NCBI GenBank assembly: GCA_035221665.1
Contig: CM069131.1
Span: forward strand, 106,826,001-106,890,000
Source of the DNA: Okamejei kenojei
Taxonomy: Eukaryota
Direction of reading: 5' to 3'
DNA: 64,000 bases
The notes below the pieces were generated by a model. That model did no database searches, was not told the origin of the DNA, and was given only the letters and a program-made list of their open reading frames with translations. Made by a program: the position numbers and the translations under genes. Shown here piece after piece: positions 49,261 to 60,410 of this stretch; within the stretch, counting starts at the first letter, position 1, and the number at the start of each line of letters is the position of its first letter.

Positions 49261-51456
49261 AGAAACTAAAATGAGAAAACTTCCCATCATGTTCAGCTGA
49301 CCAGAACTTGAAAAGGGCATTGCTAAATTGAGTTCTATGCAACTTTTTTATTGACACACTCATGTTAATTAAGCAAAATGATTCTGCTGAAGTAACTTTG
49401 AAATTCCTTTTGCATATTCAGTATTCCTTTTTCCTGACCTTTTTTTTTGTACTCTGAATCATTAACCATGAATATTTAGTTATTTATAACAAAGTCTTAC
49501 AAAGAATGTAGAAGGGGAAAAATAAATGGATCACGGGAAGCATCTGCAGGCAGTCTCCAGGTTCCGCGTGTTCCATTTTGCGGAGAGTTGGCAGCCTCAC
49601 CACACACTTTCATGCTAAGAATCAGCAAGAAGCTTCAATCTATTAAACCATCTGTGACACGCCACACATTTGGCATTAGGATATCTGTGCTTTGCTTCAT
49701 AAAGATTTCTAGCTTTAGCTTGAATCTCCATTGGGTTAATTCTTTGCATTTCATTTCCCATCCACAAGGTAAGTTTTCTATCTCAGATGCCACCTGATTG
49801 CTGCCTTGTAATTGCAGTTGATTTTAATGGTACCAGACCTTTCACGTGTTTCTTTATACATTGTCCTTCAAATTCATATTTACAGCTGGCATGAGATTAG
49901 AGTGTGTCTTTGGCCCCCTTCAAACTTAATTATTTTCATCTTCTGCTCTGAACCACTTTCCCCGTATAAGGAGATCCAGCACTTGCTATCACTTGCTTTC
50001 CAATCGTTTTGCAATGTTTTTGAGGGTGATTATACTAAACGTGTTGATGGATCTGCCAATTACCTAGAGTATATATGGTGGATGTTGCTTCCTGGCACAT
50101 GTTTTCAATTGCAATATTCATCTGCCTGCACTAGTTTGTATTTCTACAACTTTCCTATCTTGATTCTTTTAATGTTTGGGAAAATTTACGTCAGGTTTCT
50201 GTAAGTCAGGTAACCCAGGCAACCATTGTACTTGCGAAGATAATGGCCATTCCAAAACATAATTTAAATAAACATTCCAAATTGGTGGTGATCTCTCTTA
50301 CCTCAGCTTGTTTTCTCACATTCAGTAACTTGGGACACATACACATTGAAAGAACATTTTGCTGAAATATTTACTGGACGTTTTGTTTATTCCAGGTTCC
50401 TTGGCATCTTTAGACATATTCAGTTACTTGCATCTACTACATGAACTTTAGAAGTGATATTATCAAATTTATAACGCGTACCAATTGTTTTGTTTCACAA
50501 TCTAAGCAACCCAAGGAACAAATGCAGTTTGTTTTTTGTTACTGCCTCCTTCACCTATTACAATGTGGTACACTGTGCAATTGTTGGAGTATATTGAAAT
50601 TAATAATGACATGAAAAGTTACAAATTTAAATTTAGCTAAGTGACTCAACATCTATTTTACAAGCCAGATGTAGAAACTTCGAACTGCAGATGCTGGTTT
50701 ACAAAAAAAGACAGTGCAGGAGTAAATCATCGGATCAGGCAACGGCTCTGGAGAATATGGATAGGTGATGTTTTGGATCGGTTTGAAGAAGGGTCCCAAC
50801 CTGAAACATCCCTATCCATGTTCTCCGGCGAATCTGCCTGACCCCTTGAGTTACTCCAGCACTTTTTTTTAATTTTACAAGCCAACTGGAAACCATATAA
50901 TGGTTAATTTCTGTTATAGATTTCCTATTGCACTTTTATTGCTTTATATTATGTCACTGCTCCATTTGTCTTGACATTGTAATAACCAGTTGTTCGCTTT
51001 ACTTTGTATTTGTAGTGCTAGAGTGCAATTAATGAGACCATCTTATGTTATTGTAATAATCATGGGATTTAGTGGAAGAAAATTCATAAATGTGATGCCA
51101 TTGCCATTTTCTGAAATGTTTCCAGTCGATAGAAATAGAATCAGAGTTATTACTAGCTTAAATGTTTACCTGCTAAAGTATTATGTTAACATGTATGGAT
51201 CATTTCAGAAAACCTAATTTAGGATATTTTCGCACACATGAGCATTAAATTGAATTTGATAGATGCTTGATTCCCTAAAGATGCATAAATTGTACAGAAT
51301 ACAAATGTTTGCTACACTGCTTCGTGTTATTGTGGATCTGAATGTTAAACTTTTTGTATTAGCATCTTTCCTGAATGACAAACTTGTGCATTAATATGCA
51401 GCATCTTATCTTTATGCCTTAATCTAAATTACCTTAACTGATTTATGTATAGTCTC

Positions 51457-51462
51457 AATAAA
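51457..51462 (+). terminator. Candidate distal polyadenylation signal of GNPDA2 (proximal alternative at 49521-49526)
   Basis: AATAAA followed by GT/T-rich sequence at the end of an AT-rich, UTR-like stretch. Confidence 0.5.
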
Positions 51463-54419
51463 CGCCTTTTAATAACATTTGTATTGTTATTGTACAAATT
51501 TCAATTCTTGAGAGAGAGGAAGACTTGAGAAAGTGAATGGCATGTCACGAAGACAGTCTGCATTACAGTTGAAGTGCTAGATATTCTAAAAAATATGAAG
51601 TTGGAGTAACTCAGCCGGTCTGACAGCATCTCTGGAGAAAAGGAATAGGTGACGTTTTGTGTCGAGACCCTTCTTAAATACCCTGACTAATTAAGGGAAG
51701 TGTGCCTAATGTTGCCTTTGTTGTGTACCTGTGTCAGTACTTTTAGGGAACAAGGTGCCTGTATTCATAGATCTCCGTTGTACAGCCCTCTGACTCCTAC
51801 CAAGCCAATTTGTATCCAATTGGTGAGCTCATCCTGCATACCATGCAATCTAATGTTCTGGAGGGGTCTACCTTGTTAAAGGCCTTGCTGAAGGTGAGAT
51901 AGATAATATCTACCACCCTGCCCCGTCCAAAAGTGCAGCTAATTAAGTGATTGATCTTATTTCTTGGTATCCTGTTAACCTGTTTATTCTATTCAGAGGT
52001 TTATGGCTATTACTGCTTTATTTGCCTGGTTCTTTTTTTTGTGTACTGTCGAAAAACATCCTTCTGACCTTTGACAGATTTTGATACTTCCTAACACTAA
52101 ACAATTCATGCTTAACTGGACTGTCTGACTACGATGTACAGCAATAATAGATTTGTAATGTTAGATGTCATGTCATGTTAGATGTCATGTTTGATGTCAG
52201 TGACATTAATGTAAGGAGAAAAGACAAGATGAGAACGACTTTTTGATGTGTGTAGGAGAATAAATCTGATCAAAAAATATCTTTAGTCTAGTATGGAAGT
52301 AAATGTGGACCTGGTTCTGAGGAATAAAATAGAACAAATGGAGTGTAACAACAGAAATTGTTAGTTACAGTGACTTCAACATGATTCAGTTTGATAACGG
52401 CTGGTCTATCTATGAAAAGTAAATTGTTCCTTGCACAAGCGATGGCCTCACTAATTTGAAGGAAGGTTGGAGGGGTCCAAGATTGGTAGATTGAAAAACA
52501 AGGATGTAGGAGAATTGTATCTTTCATAACCTCAAATCATCCCATACATGGCTGGAATATATTCTAAAGTGCCATCTCTGTGGTGATATAGTAAAAGTCA
52601 AAGAGCAATGAGATGGGATTAGATCTTTAAAGTTGAGTGATTTCTGGTAGTATTTCTGGTTCTCATTCATTTAAAACATGGTCTCATTTATGTGACTAAA
52701 ATATAATTTTATTTTGGAGTCACGTGAGTGACTTCATGAAGACCCCGCCAGCACGCATGCGCAACATATCGTCGCTCGCATTTGCTGTCGACAAGCTGGG
52801 GGGGGGGGGGGGGGGTGGGGGAGTGCGCTCTCTCCACAGCTCCTTCAACAAGAACGCTGAAGGTAAGTATACTAACCTTAAGCTGGTTGGAGGTAGGAGG
52901 TGTGCTTCTACCTACAGAATATGGAAGGGGAAGCTTCACAAGAGCCGCAGGACGCCAACAGGCCAGCGGCCACTTTCTCCGGAGCTGCTTGAAACACCGA
53001 CAGCACCCGTACGGCCGGGAAAAGGTGCGGAAGTTGGGCGCGTCAGTGACACCAGCGTCCAACTTATCTCTGGAATGGATGTCCACACTGGAGCAGGGTA
53101 TGGCAGACCCTGACTTCGTGCTCCCATCCCCCAGGAAGAGGGGGAGCAAGCAGGTACGTGGCACAGTGCCTCGCATACCGGCGGCGGCATCACCCTGTGT
53201 TTTTCAGGTCCCATGGGGGCGGAGCCGGGGAAAGACGGCGCCGCAGACGAGCCCCGCAGCCGTGGCTGGCCTCGTAAAGCAGCCGGGGATATCTGCCGTA
53301 GTACAGGCCGGCAGAGCTACTGCTGCGTCGAGCAGCCCTGCAGGATCAGGAGCTGCCGACATAACACCGGGTCAGGCTGCGGTCGTGGACGCCGGTGGCA
53401 GCCATAAACGGTCGACCAGCTTAGCATTGGCAGCTGCCGACCTTGCGCCTCCGCAGAGACAAATGGTCAGAAGTGGAGGTAAGCCTACACGGACTTCGGG
53501 GAGCCAGGTACCGGCGGCCGGCGCCAACTCATCTCCACTGCCTTCCTACCAGGCTGGGGGACCGCCACAGTCCGCTTGAAGGCCGACTAGCGGTATGCAG
53601 GAGCAGCTGTCCACGACGACCTACCACCGGACCCTAGTCTGCACTTTATGGAGGTGTGGTCCGCTGGTCGAAGCCCCAGAGGAATTGCAGAGCCTGGGGA
53701 AGTCGGCTTGTCCGCCGCGTGTAGCGGGGACGGTTGCATGGCAAGGTTGGAGCTCTTGGTGGAGCAACTAGTCCAGCGGGATCTGGTCCGGGAGGAACGG
53801 GGGTCTCGGGCATCCACAAGCCACTACAGGAGACCGCCCAGCATCTCGTCTTCTTCAGCCAGCAGTGCCAAAAGTCAGCAGGACGTTGCCTTCGATGAAG
53901 AACCAGAGATGCCGGAGGCCGCAGACCCAGAGGAAGGTGCTGACCTGCTGGACGTAGTGGGGAAATTTGCCACAGCTACCCACACAGGGGAGCCGCTGCA
54001 CCCTAACCTGGCGGGAACCCATTAATTATCTGATCACACACCAGCTTCAGGGTCAGGTCATCAATGAAACCGTGAAGCTCTAAGATGCACGACGTACGCC
54101 TCCAGAGAATCCTCAAACTCCTGTCGACGGGCAATACGGCATATGCCAAGACCCTCGATGGGGGTAACGTGACCAGTGAGCAGCAGGATACCCTGGCACT
54201 TCTCTGCAATACAGTTTGAGATAAACTGTCTTCGTAAGAGCTCCATCCGGCCCACTCTCAACCCAAAATTTGCAGGGTTGTGCTGTACCTCCACCACTCC
54301 ACCACCTCATCAGCTGTTCGGGGAAGATCTGCCGAAACACCATATACCAAGACCCGCTGTTGACCATGGAGGTAAGGGGGTCTGGTTAGTCTAAGAAAGT
54401 AGCAATTATAACCTCACAA

Positions 54420-55350
54420 GTGGGACGGTTGCGGGCATTTCGGGGTGCATGTGATGCAATCACCACAGACACGTTTATTCTACAAAGTGTTCACGGTTAT
54501 GTCATAGAATGTATTAATGGGAAACATCCCCCTACACAGCATGAACCTCAGCGCACATTTGCGCTCTCTCAAAAAGAGATAAAGGGGGGACATGCAGAAA
54601 TTCTACGGCTAGCAGCCAAAGGGGTGATAGGGAAAATGACACACGAACCCCTTGAGTTTGTGTCCAACGTCTTTACAAAAACCACAAAGGATGTTGGATG
54701 TCTGATTATCAGAGACCTAACCCATTTGAACACTTTTGTACAATATACCCATTTCAAAATGGAAACCTTTGAAACAGCTAAGCAGCTGCTTTACCAGGGG
54801 TACTTTATGGCTTGCATCGATTTAAAAGATGCATACTATACAGTCCCCATCATAGAAACTCACAGGAAGTTCCTAAAATTTGTCTGGAGGGGACAGTTAT
54901 GGCAATACAAAGCCTTACCCAATGGTTTAACCACAACCCCAGACCTTTAAAATAGTCGAGGAAGGGCCGAGAGGGCCTGTCTCCGTGCTGTAATTGTTAT
55001 ATGGTTATAGTCAAACCAATATTGGCAATCCTCAGGCAACAGAATTATATCGTCATGGCATACTTGGACGATATACTTATAGTGGGACAGACCCTCCAAT
55101 TGGCAAAGCTGGCAGTCACAGCGACCAAATTTTTATTCGAGACATTAGGGTTTGTAACCCATCCAGACAAATCGAAACTAACCCCATCTCAAGTGATGGA
55201 CTATCTGGACTTCACCAAAACGAATGATGGTCACTATCCCGACCAACAAAGCGTCAGACATAAAAGAAGCATGCAACAGCCTTGCTTGTGCCAGGGTACT
55301 GACTATCAGACAGACGGCCAAGGTAATTGGGAAATTGGTAGCTACGTCCC
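54420..55350 (+). pseudogene. DIRS reverse transcriptase (frameshifted)
   Basis: HFKMET, CIDLKDAYYTVPI, WQYKALPNGL and AYLDDIL motifs. Confidence 0.9.
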
Positions 55351-56113
55351 CATTCAGTATTGATGTGGATAGAGAACCTGGCAAACGAGGAAGCGTAGGA
55401 GTAAACGGGTTCCCTTTTCACAATGGCAGGCAGAACTAGCGCAGGGCTCAGTGCTGGACCCAGCTTTTTTACCCATTCTCCAAGTTTGCATGACACTAAG
55501 CTTGTGACCAAGGTGACAAGGCTGGGTGACAATGTTTGTCAGATGCAGCCAAAGATATTATTTAAATGCGATCAGCAGACCTGGCACATGCAGGTGCAGC
55601 AGGCAGTGAAAAAAGCAACTGCAAAAGGATTTGAGTACAGGAGGCAGGAGGTTCTACTTCAGTTGTACAGACCGGATATTGCGTGCAGTTTTGGTCTCCA
55701 AATCTGAGGAAGACTGCCCATAGAGGGAGTGCAGAGCACCAGACTGATTCCTGTGAGGACTGGATAGAGTACTCTCTGGAATTTAGATTAAGGAATTAAG
55801 AAACTTACAAATTCTAAAGGGGGATAATGCAGGAAGATTGATGCTATCCTTTAAGACCGAGATGAGAAGTTTCTGAAACTCTCTGCCACAGAGGGTGGGT
55901 TGAGGCATTCATTGGCTATATTTAAGAGTGAGTGGATGTGGCCCTTGTTGGCTAAGGGATCAAGGGTATTAATTGTTAGATGAATGGCCATCGATGAATG
56001 GCACTCCTGCACCTAATTTGTTTCTACTATGTTTTTTCCACTGCCAATCCATTGCGCAAGAGCGGGGGGCTGTCTATTAAGGCTAAAAGCTAGCTACACC
56101 ACGTTAGCAAGTC

Positions 56114-56937
56114 ATGCTAGTGGCGCGCAGAACTGACACCACGTCCAGTTGTGGTGGCAGATGGGACCCTCACGAGTCTACCCTCCTCCAGACACAAGGG
56201 ATAAACTATCTGGAGATGTTAGAGGCTTTCCATGGACTGCGGGCATACTGCACAAACTTACAGCATTTACATGTCCGCCTCCAAATAGATAACACCACGG
56301 TGGTGGCTTATATAAATCATATGGGTGGTATCAGGTCATTATCTTGTGACGAATTGGCAAACACAATCTGCACTCGTGCATTGAGAGAAATATTTGGATA
56401 ACAGCGACCTATCTACCAGGGAAGCTCAACACAGTGGCGGACACCAGGGCACGAGTGTTCAATGATAACATCGAGTGGATGTTGAACCCCCAAATATTTG
56501 CTGAAATTATAGCTAACTTTGATGCACCAGATATAGACCTTTTTGCGTCCAGGTTGAACCATCAGATATCAACGTATGTGTCTTGGGAACCAGACCCTGG
56601 GGCAGTTGCTATGGATGCTTTTTTTCTCTATTGGGGGAAATGGTTTTGCTACGCTTCTCCCCCATTTTGCCTCATGAGTCGGGTATTGCAGAAAATTCAA
56701 CTGGATTCTGCTACAGGCATTATGATCATACCCGACTGGCCTACACAGCCATGGTACCCGGTGGTCCTCCAAATATTGAAACGTCCGTGGGTTCAAATTG
56801 ACAAAAACCCCAAATTTATTACCAACCCCATTACGGGGGAAAGTCACCCGTGCCATGGTCACTTAAACCTGTTGGCTTGCAGGTTCTCAAGAGGCCGCTT
56901 ATCAAGGCCGGCATATCAGCCATGGCCATGGACCTGA
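56114..56937 (+). pseudogene. DIRS RNase H plus Dam-like N6-adenine methyltransferase domain
   Basis: INYLEM..LQIDNTTVVAYINHMGG (RNase H); DIDLFAS.LN, DAF..W, YASPPF and IPDWPTQPWYP (MT). Confidence 0.85.
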
Positions 56938-57820
56938 TCTCAGCGTCGTGCAGAGCATCAACCAGGAGGCAGTACCTCACCCAGGTCAGGAAGTGGGAGG
57001 CCTTCTGCTCCCGTACCAATACGACCTACAACTCTGCCACGATCCCCGATGTCCTGGAATTCCTAGCGGGCCTCAGCTACAGTGCCATCAACAGCGCCAG
57101 GAGTTAGCGCCTGGACATAGGGGTGTGGGCTCACACCACCTGGTGTCCAAATTCATGAGGGGAGTGTTCAACACCGACCCTCCACGACCCCGATACAACA
57201 TCACATGGGACGTAGGGATAGTACTGACCCTACTGCGGAGCTGGTCCCCTATGATGGGGTTACCACTCGATAAGCTCACCCTCAAAGTGGGGATGCTGAT
57301 GGCCCTGACTACAGCTCAACGAGTCCAGGCCTTACAGAAGCTGCGGCTGGGTAGAATGGTCTCCACCCCTGCTAAGGTAACTTTCTTTGTAGAGGACCTG
57401 CTGAAGCAGCACAGACCTGGGTCTTTTGGGCTGCAGTTGGAATTCCGGGCGTACCCCACTGATGCCACCCTCTGCATAGCCACACATCTCCGCTACTACA
57501 TCAGAACAACACGAACCATCCGGAAGATGGAACAGGGGCTCCTCATCAGCCACAAGCAACCACATCACCGTGTGACTGTGCAGACCATCACCAGGTGGCT
57601 CAGGGCGGTGTTGGATGCAGCCGGAGTAGATACTAACATTTTAAAATCTCACTCTACCAGGGCTGCTTCCACATCAGCGGCGAGGGCCATGGAGGTGCCC
57701 ATGCACCACATCCTCGCCACTGCGGGCTGGGCCAGTGCAGCAACATTCCAGCGGTTCTACAATAAGCCGGTGGTCGCCCCCGCAACATTCGCGGAAGCCG
57801 TGCTGGGAGCCGCTCCGTGA
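56850..57820 (+). pseudogene. DIRS tyrosine recombinase (one frameshift or deletion near 57105; catalytic domain open)
   Basis: LTTAQRV (R), KSHSTRAASTS (H-x-x-R), AGW and FQRFY (catalytic Tyr). Confidence 0.9.
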
Positions 57821-59858
57821 ATGATTTGTCCCCGAATTAGGGGTCTTTTGCTTTGTTATTATTTGTGTTAATAAATGTGCATTATTTTTCAGACTGTTCA
57901 GTCTGGAATGCATTAACAACCTTCCTCCATCAGTATTGCGGCAGTGTGATAGCATGGACGTTGTGCAGGGCGTGAAATCACAGAGCTTTGAAATCTTCAC
58001 GAAGTCACTCACATGACTCCGAAATAAAATAGTAAGATTAAACGAGAACTTACCAAGTTTGACGGTTGATCTTTATTTTATGAGGAGTTGCGGTGAGGGA
58101 TTTCGTGCCCTCCGCTCCCAACCTCCGTTCCCAACCCTCTATCATAAGGTCAACTGGTATGTTCTACGTCATTAATCTTACTATCTCCAGTCATGGTGCT
58201 TTCTGTGATTCCACACCGCTGCTTTGAAGGATGTCACGCATGCGTGCTGGCGGGGTCTTCACGAAATCCCTCACCGCAACTCCTCATAAAATAAAGATCA
58301 ACCTTCGAACTTGGTAAGTTCTTGTTTAATCTTACTATTTTACACTGCTCTGGCCATTATCACAAGTGTTTGAGATTTACAATGCAAATCTTATTTTCAT
58401 AAATTTTAGGCGACTGATCCAGGAATATTTAAGTGGCTGGAAATAACTGAAATGTATGGTTATGATTTTTTTGTATGGAAAGTTGGAATTTGAAACATTT
58501 CCTCGCTAAAACAGGTGTTTACCATTTTTTTCACATTATATTCTTTGTGCTCTTTTATGTATGTTCCCAGGGTGGAAATGCTTTCTCTTTGCCTTTATAC
58601 ATCCAATTTGTATCATTCACCAACCATTCCTTGCATTTGTCATTTTTTATTGCACTTAGTGCCAAGTCCTGGTTGTAAGTTAGAGTTCATGATGTTTAAT
58701 GTGGATACAAAGATTATGGATGCAAAATATAATACAAAATCCATATAGCAAAACTTAGTATTTATGACATCAAAATCAATTTGTCTGTTTTTCAAAGCGC
58801 TGTAGGTATCCCACCAAGGAGCTAATTATATCAAGTTATCTGGGAAGCTTATGATTGCAGGTAAATTTCTTCAGTTTTACTTTAATGGTTTGACATTTTT
58901 TAGCTCTTTCTGTCTTACTGTTTTGTCTCTCTTCATCCAAGCTCATAGCTGGTCCTTCCAAGCTATTTATCTTCTTGACTGGATTAGTTGCAAATGCAAT
59001 TTTATTCCATTGTTTTAGCCCTGCTCCATTCCTATCTTTCTTCCTTAATTTCTCGGTCACTAACATGATCTCATCCTCACTGATTATCAACAAAAGTACA
59101 CCTCAACGCTGCTGGCTTAGCCACCTGCTCTTCTCCCTTTGCTCCCAGTGTGGCTAAACACAGCACCAGTATCATCTAGAAATTCGCTAATGACACCACT
59201 GTTGTTGGCTGAATCCCGGATCGTGATGAATGAGTGTACAGGAGAAGGATAACATCTGGTTGAATGGTGCCACAATATCTCTCAACATAAACAAAACCAA
59301 GGAACTTGTGTGTGGTTTAAACTGAAGATAGGCACAAAAAGCTGGAGTAACTCAGCGGGACAGGCAGCAGCTCTAGAGAGAAGGAATGGATGATGTTTTG
59401 GGTCGAGACCTGAAATGTCACCCATTCCTTCTCTCCAGAGATGCTGCCTGTCTCGTTGAGCTACTCCAGCTTTTTGTGCCAAGGAACTAATCGTTGACTG
59501 CAGAAAGGAGAAGTCAGGAGATCACATGCCAGTTTTCGTTGGCGGTGGAGATAGCAGCATCAAAATCCGGGAGGTTAATTTCTCGGGTGACCCCCCCTGG
59601 GCACAGCACATAGACATAATCACAAGAAGGCAGGGCCGGCCTTAAGCCGATTGGACTGATTTCTCCTAATTTGGCCACACGTAGTTATTTTCCGTATTTC
59701 ATACAGAAATACAAATTTGCTTTATTAAATAAAGATTTAAAAAAAAACATTTGCCATATGGATTTTTTAACAAAACGAACATGGATAACAACCGCTGCAC
59801 AGCCATCAGTCACAAACGATTTGTCTACTGTAGCACTTGTTAGCAGCCAGTAGTTATA

Positions 59859-60031
59859 CAATGTGTCATCAATGCATCGATCCACATTCCTCAGTAAATG
59901 TAATTGTGTTTTGAACAAGTATTAATGACGCTGCGTTCCTTTCAATACAATTCGCGCGGCGTCATTAATACTTGTTCAAAACACAATTACATTTACTGAG
60001 GAATGTAGATCGATGCATTGATGACACATTG
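59859..60031. repeat. Near-perfect inverted repeat (arms about 77 bp, loop about 19 nt)
   Basis: CAATGTGTCATCAATGCATCGATC...GACGCTGCG versus CGCGGCGTC...GATCGATGCATTGATGACACATTG. Confidence 0.92.
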
Positions 60032-60236
60032 AGAATTTTGTAAAACTCACTATCATGATTCAGGGCTTCTTCTTGGTGAGCTTCTTGATGTGCAGTAGGT
60101 TAGTCACTCAATTTTCCTACCGACCAACATTGTGTCTCTGTCTTTTGTTCTCTCTCTCCCTCCCTCTCGCTCTCCCACTCCCCATCTCGTCTCTCTTTAG
60201 CTCTCTCGGCATTTCCGGAATCATTGAAGTTTTGCG

Positions 60237-60410
60237 GTAGACAAAAATGCTGAAGAAACTCAGCGGGTGAGGCAGCATCTATGGAGCGAAGGAAATAGGC
60301 AACGTTTCGGGTCGAAACCCTTCTTCAGACCCGGCCCGAAACATTGGCTATTTCCTTCGCTCCATAGTTGCTGCCTCACCCGCTGTGTTTCTCCAGCATT
60401 TGTGTCTACC
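60237..60410. mobile_element. Palindromic Penelope-derived repeat
   Basis: GTAGACAAAAATGCTG..CTCAGCGGGTGAGGCAGC arm and its reverse complement around a CTGAAGA/GAAAC core. Confidence 0.7.

Larger units (their letters stand above)
52707..58341 (+). mobile_element. DIRS1-type tyrosine-recombinase retrotransposon, full-length but disrupted
   Basis: Left ITR from about 52707; ICR 57994-58107 complementary to both termini; right ITR plus extension 58237-58341; TTTT ends; gag-like, RT, RNase H, MT and YR domains in the expected order. Confidence 0.93.

Noticed and set aside
56434-57820. Phage-like methyltransferase plus integrase as bacterial contamination or prophage
   Set aside because: Both are standard DIRS1 domains inside an element with RT, RNase H and ITR/ICR ends
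58836-59093. Lys-rich minus-strand ORF as a possible GUF1 or other terminal exon
   Set aside because: No GUF1/LepA motif (such as CYGGDITRK), no convincing acceptor and no recognisable homology
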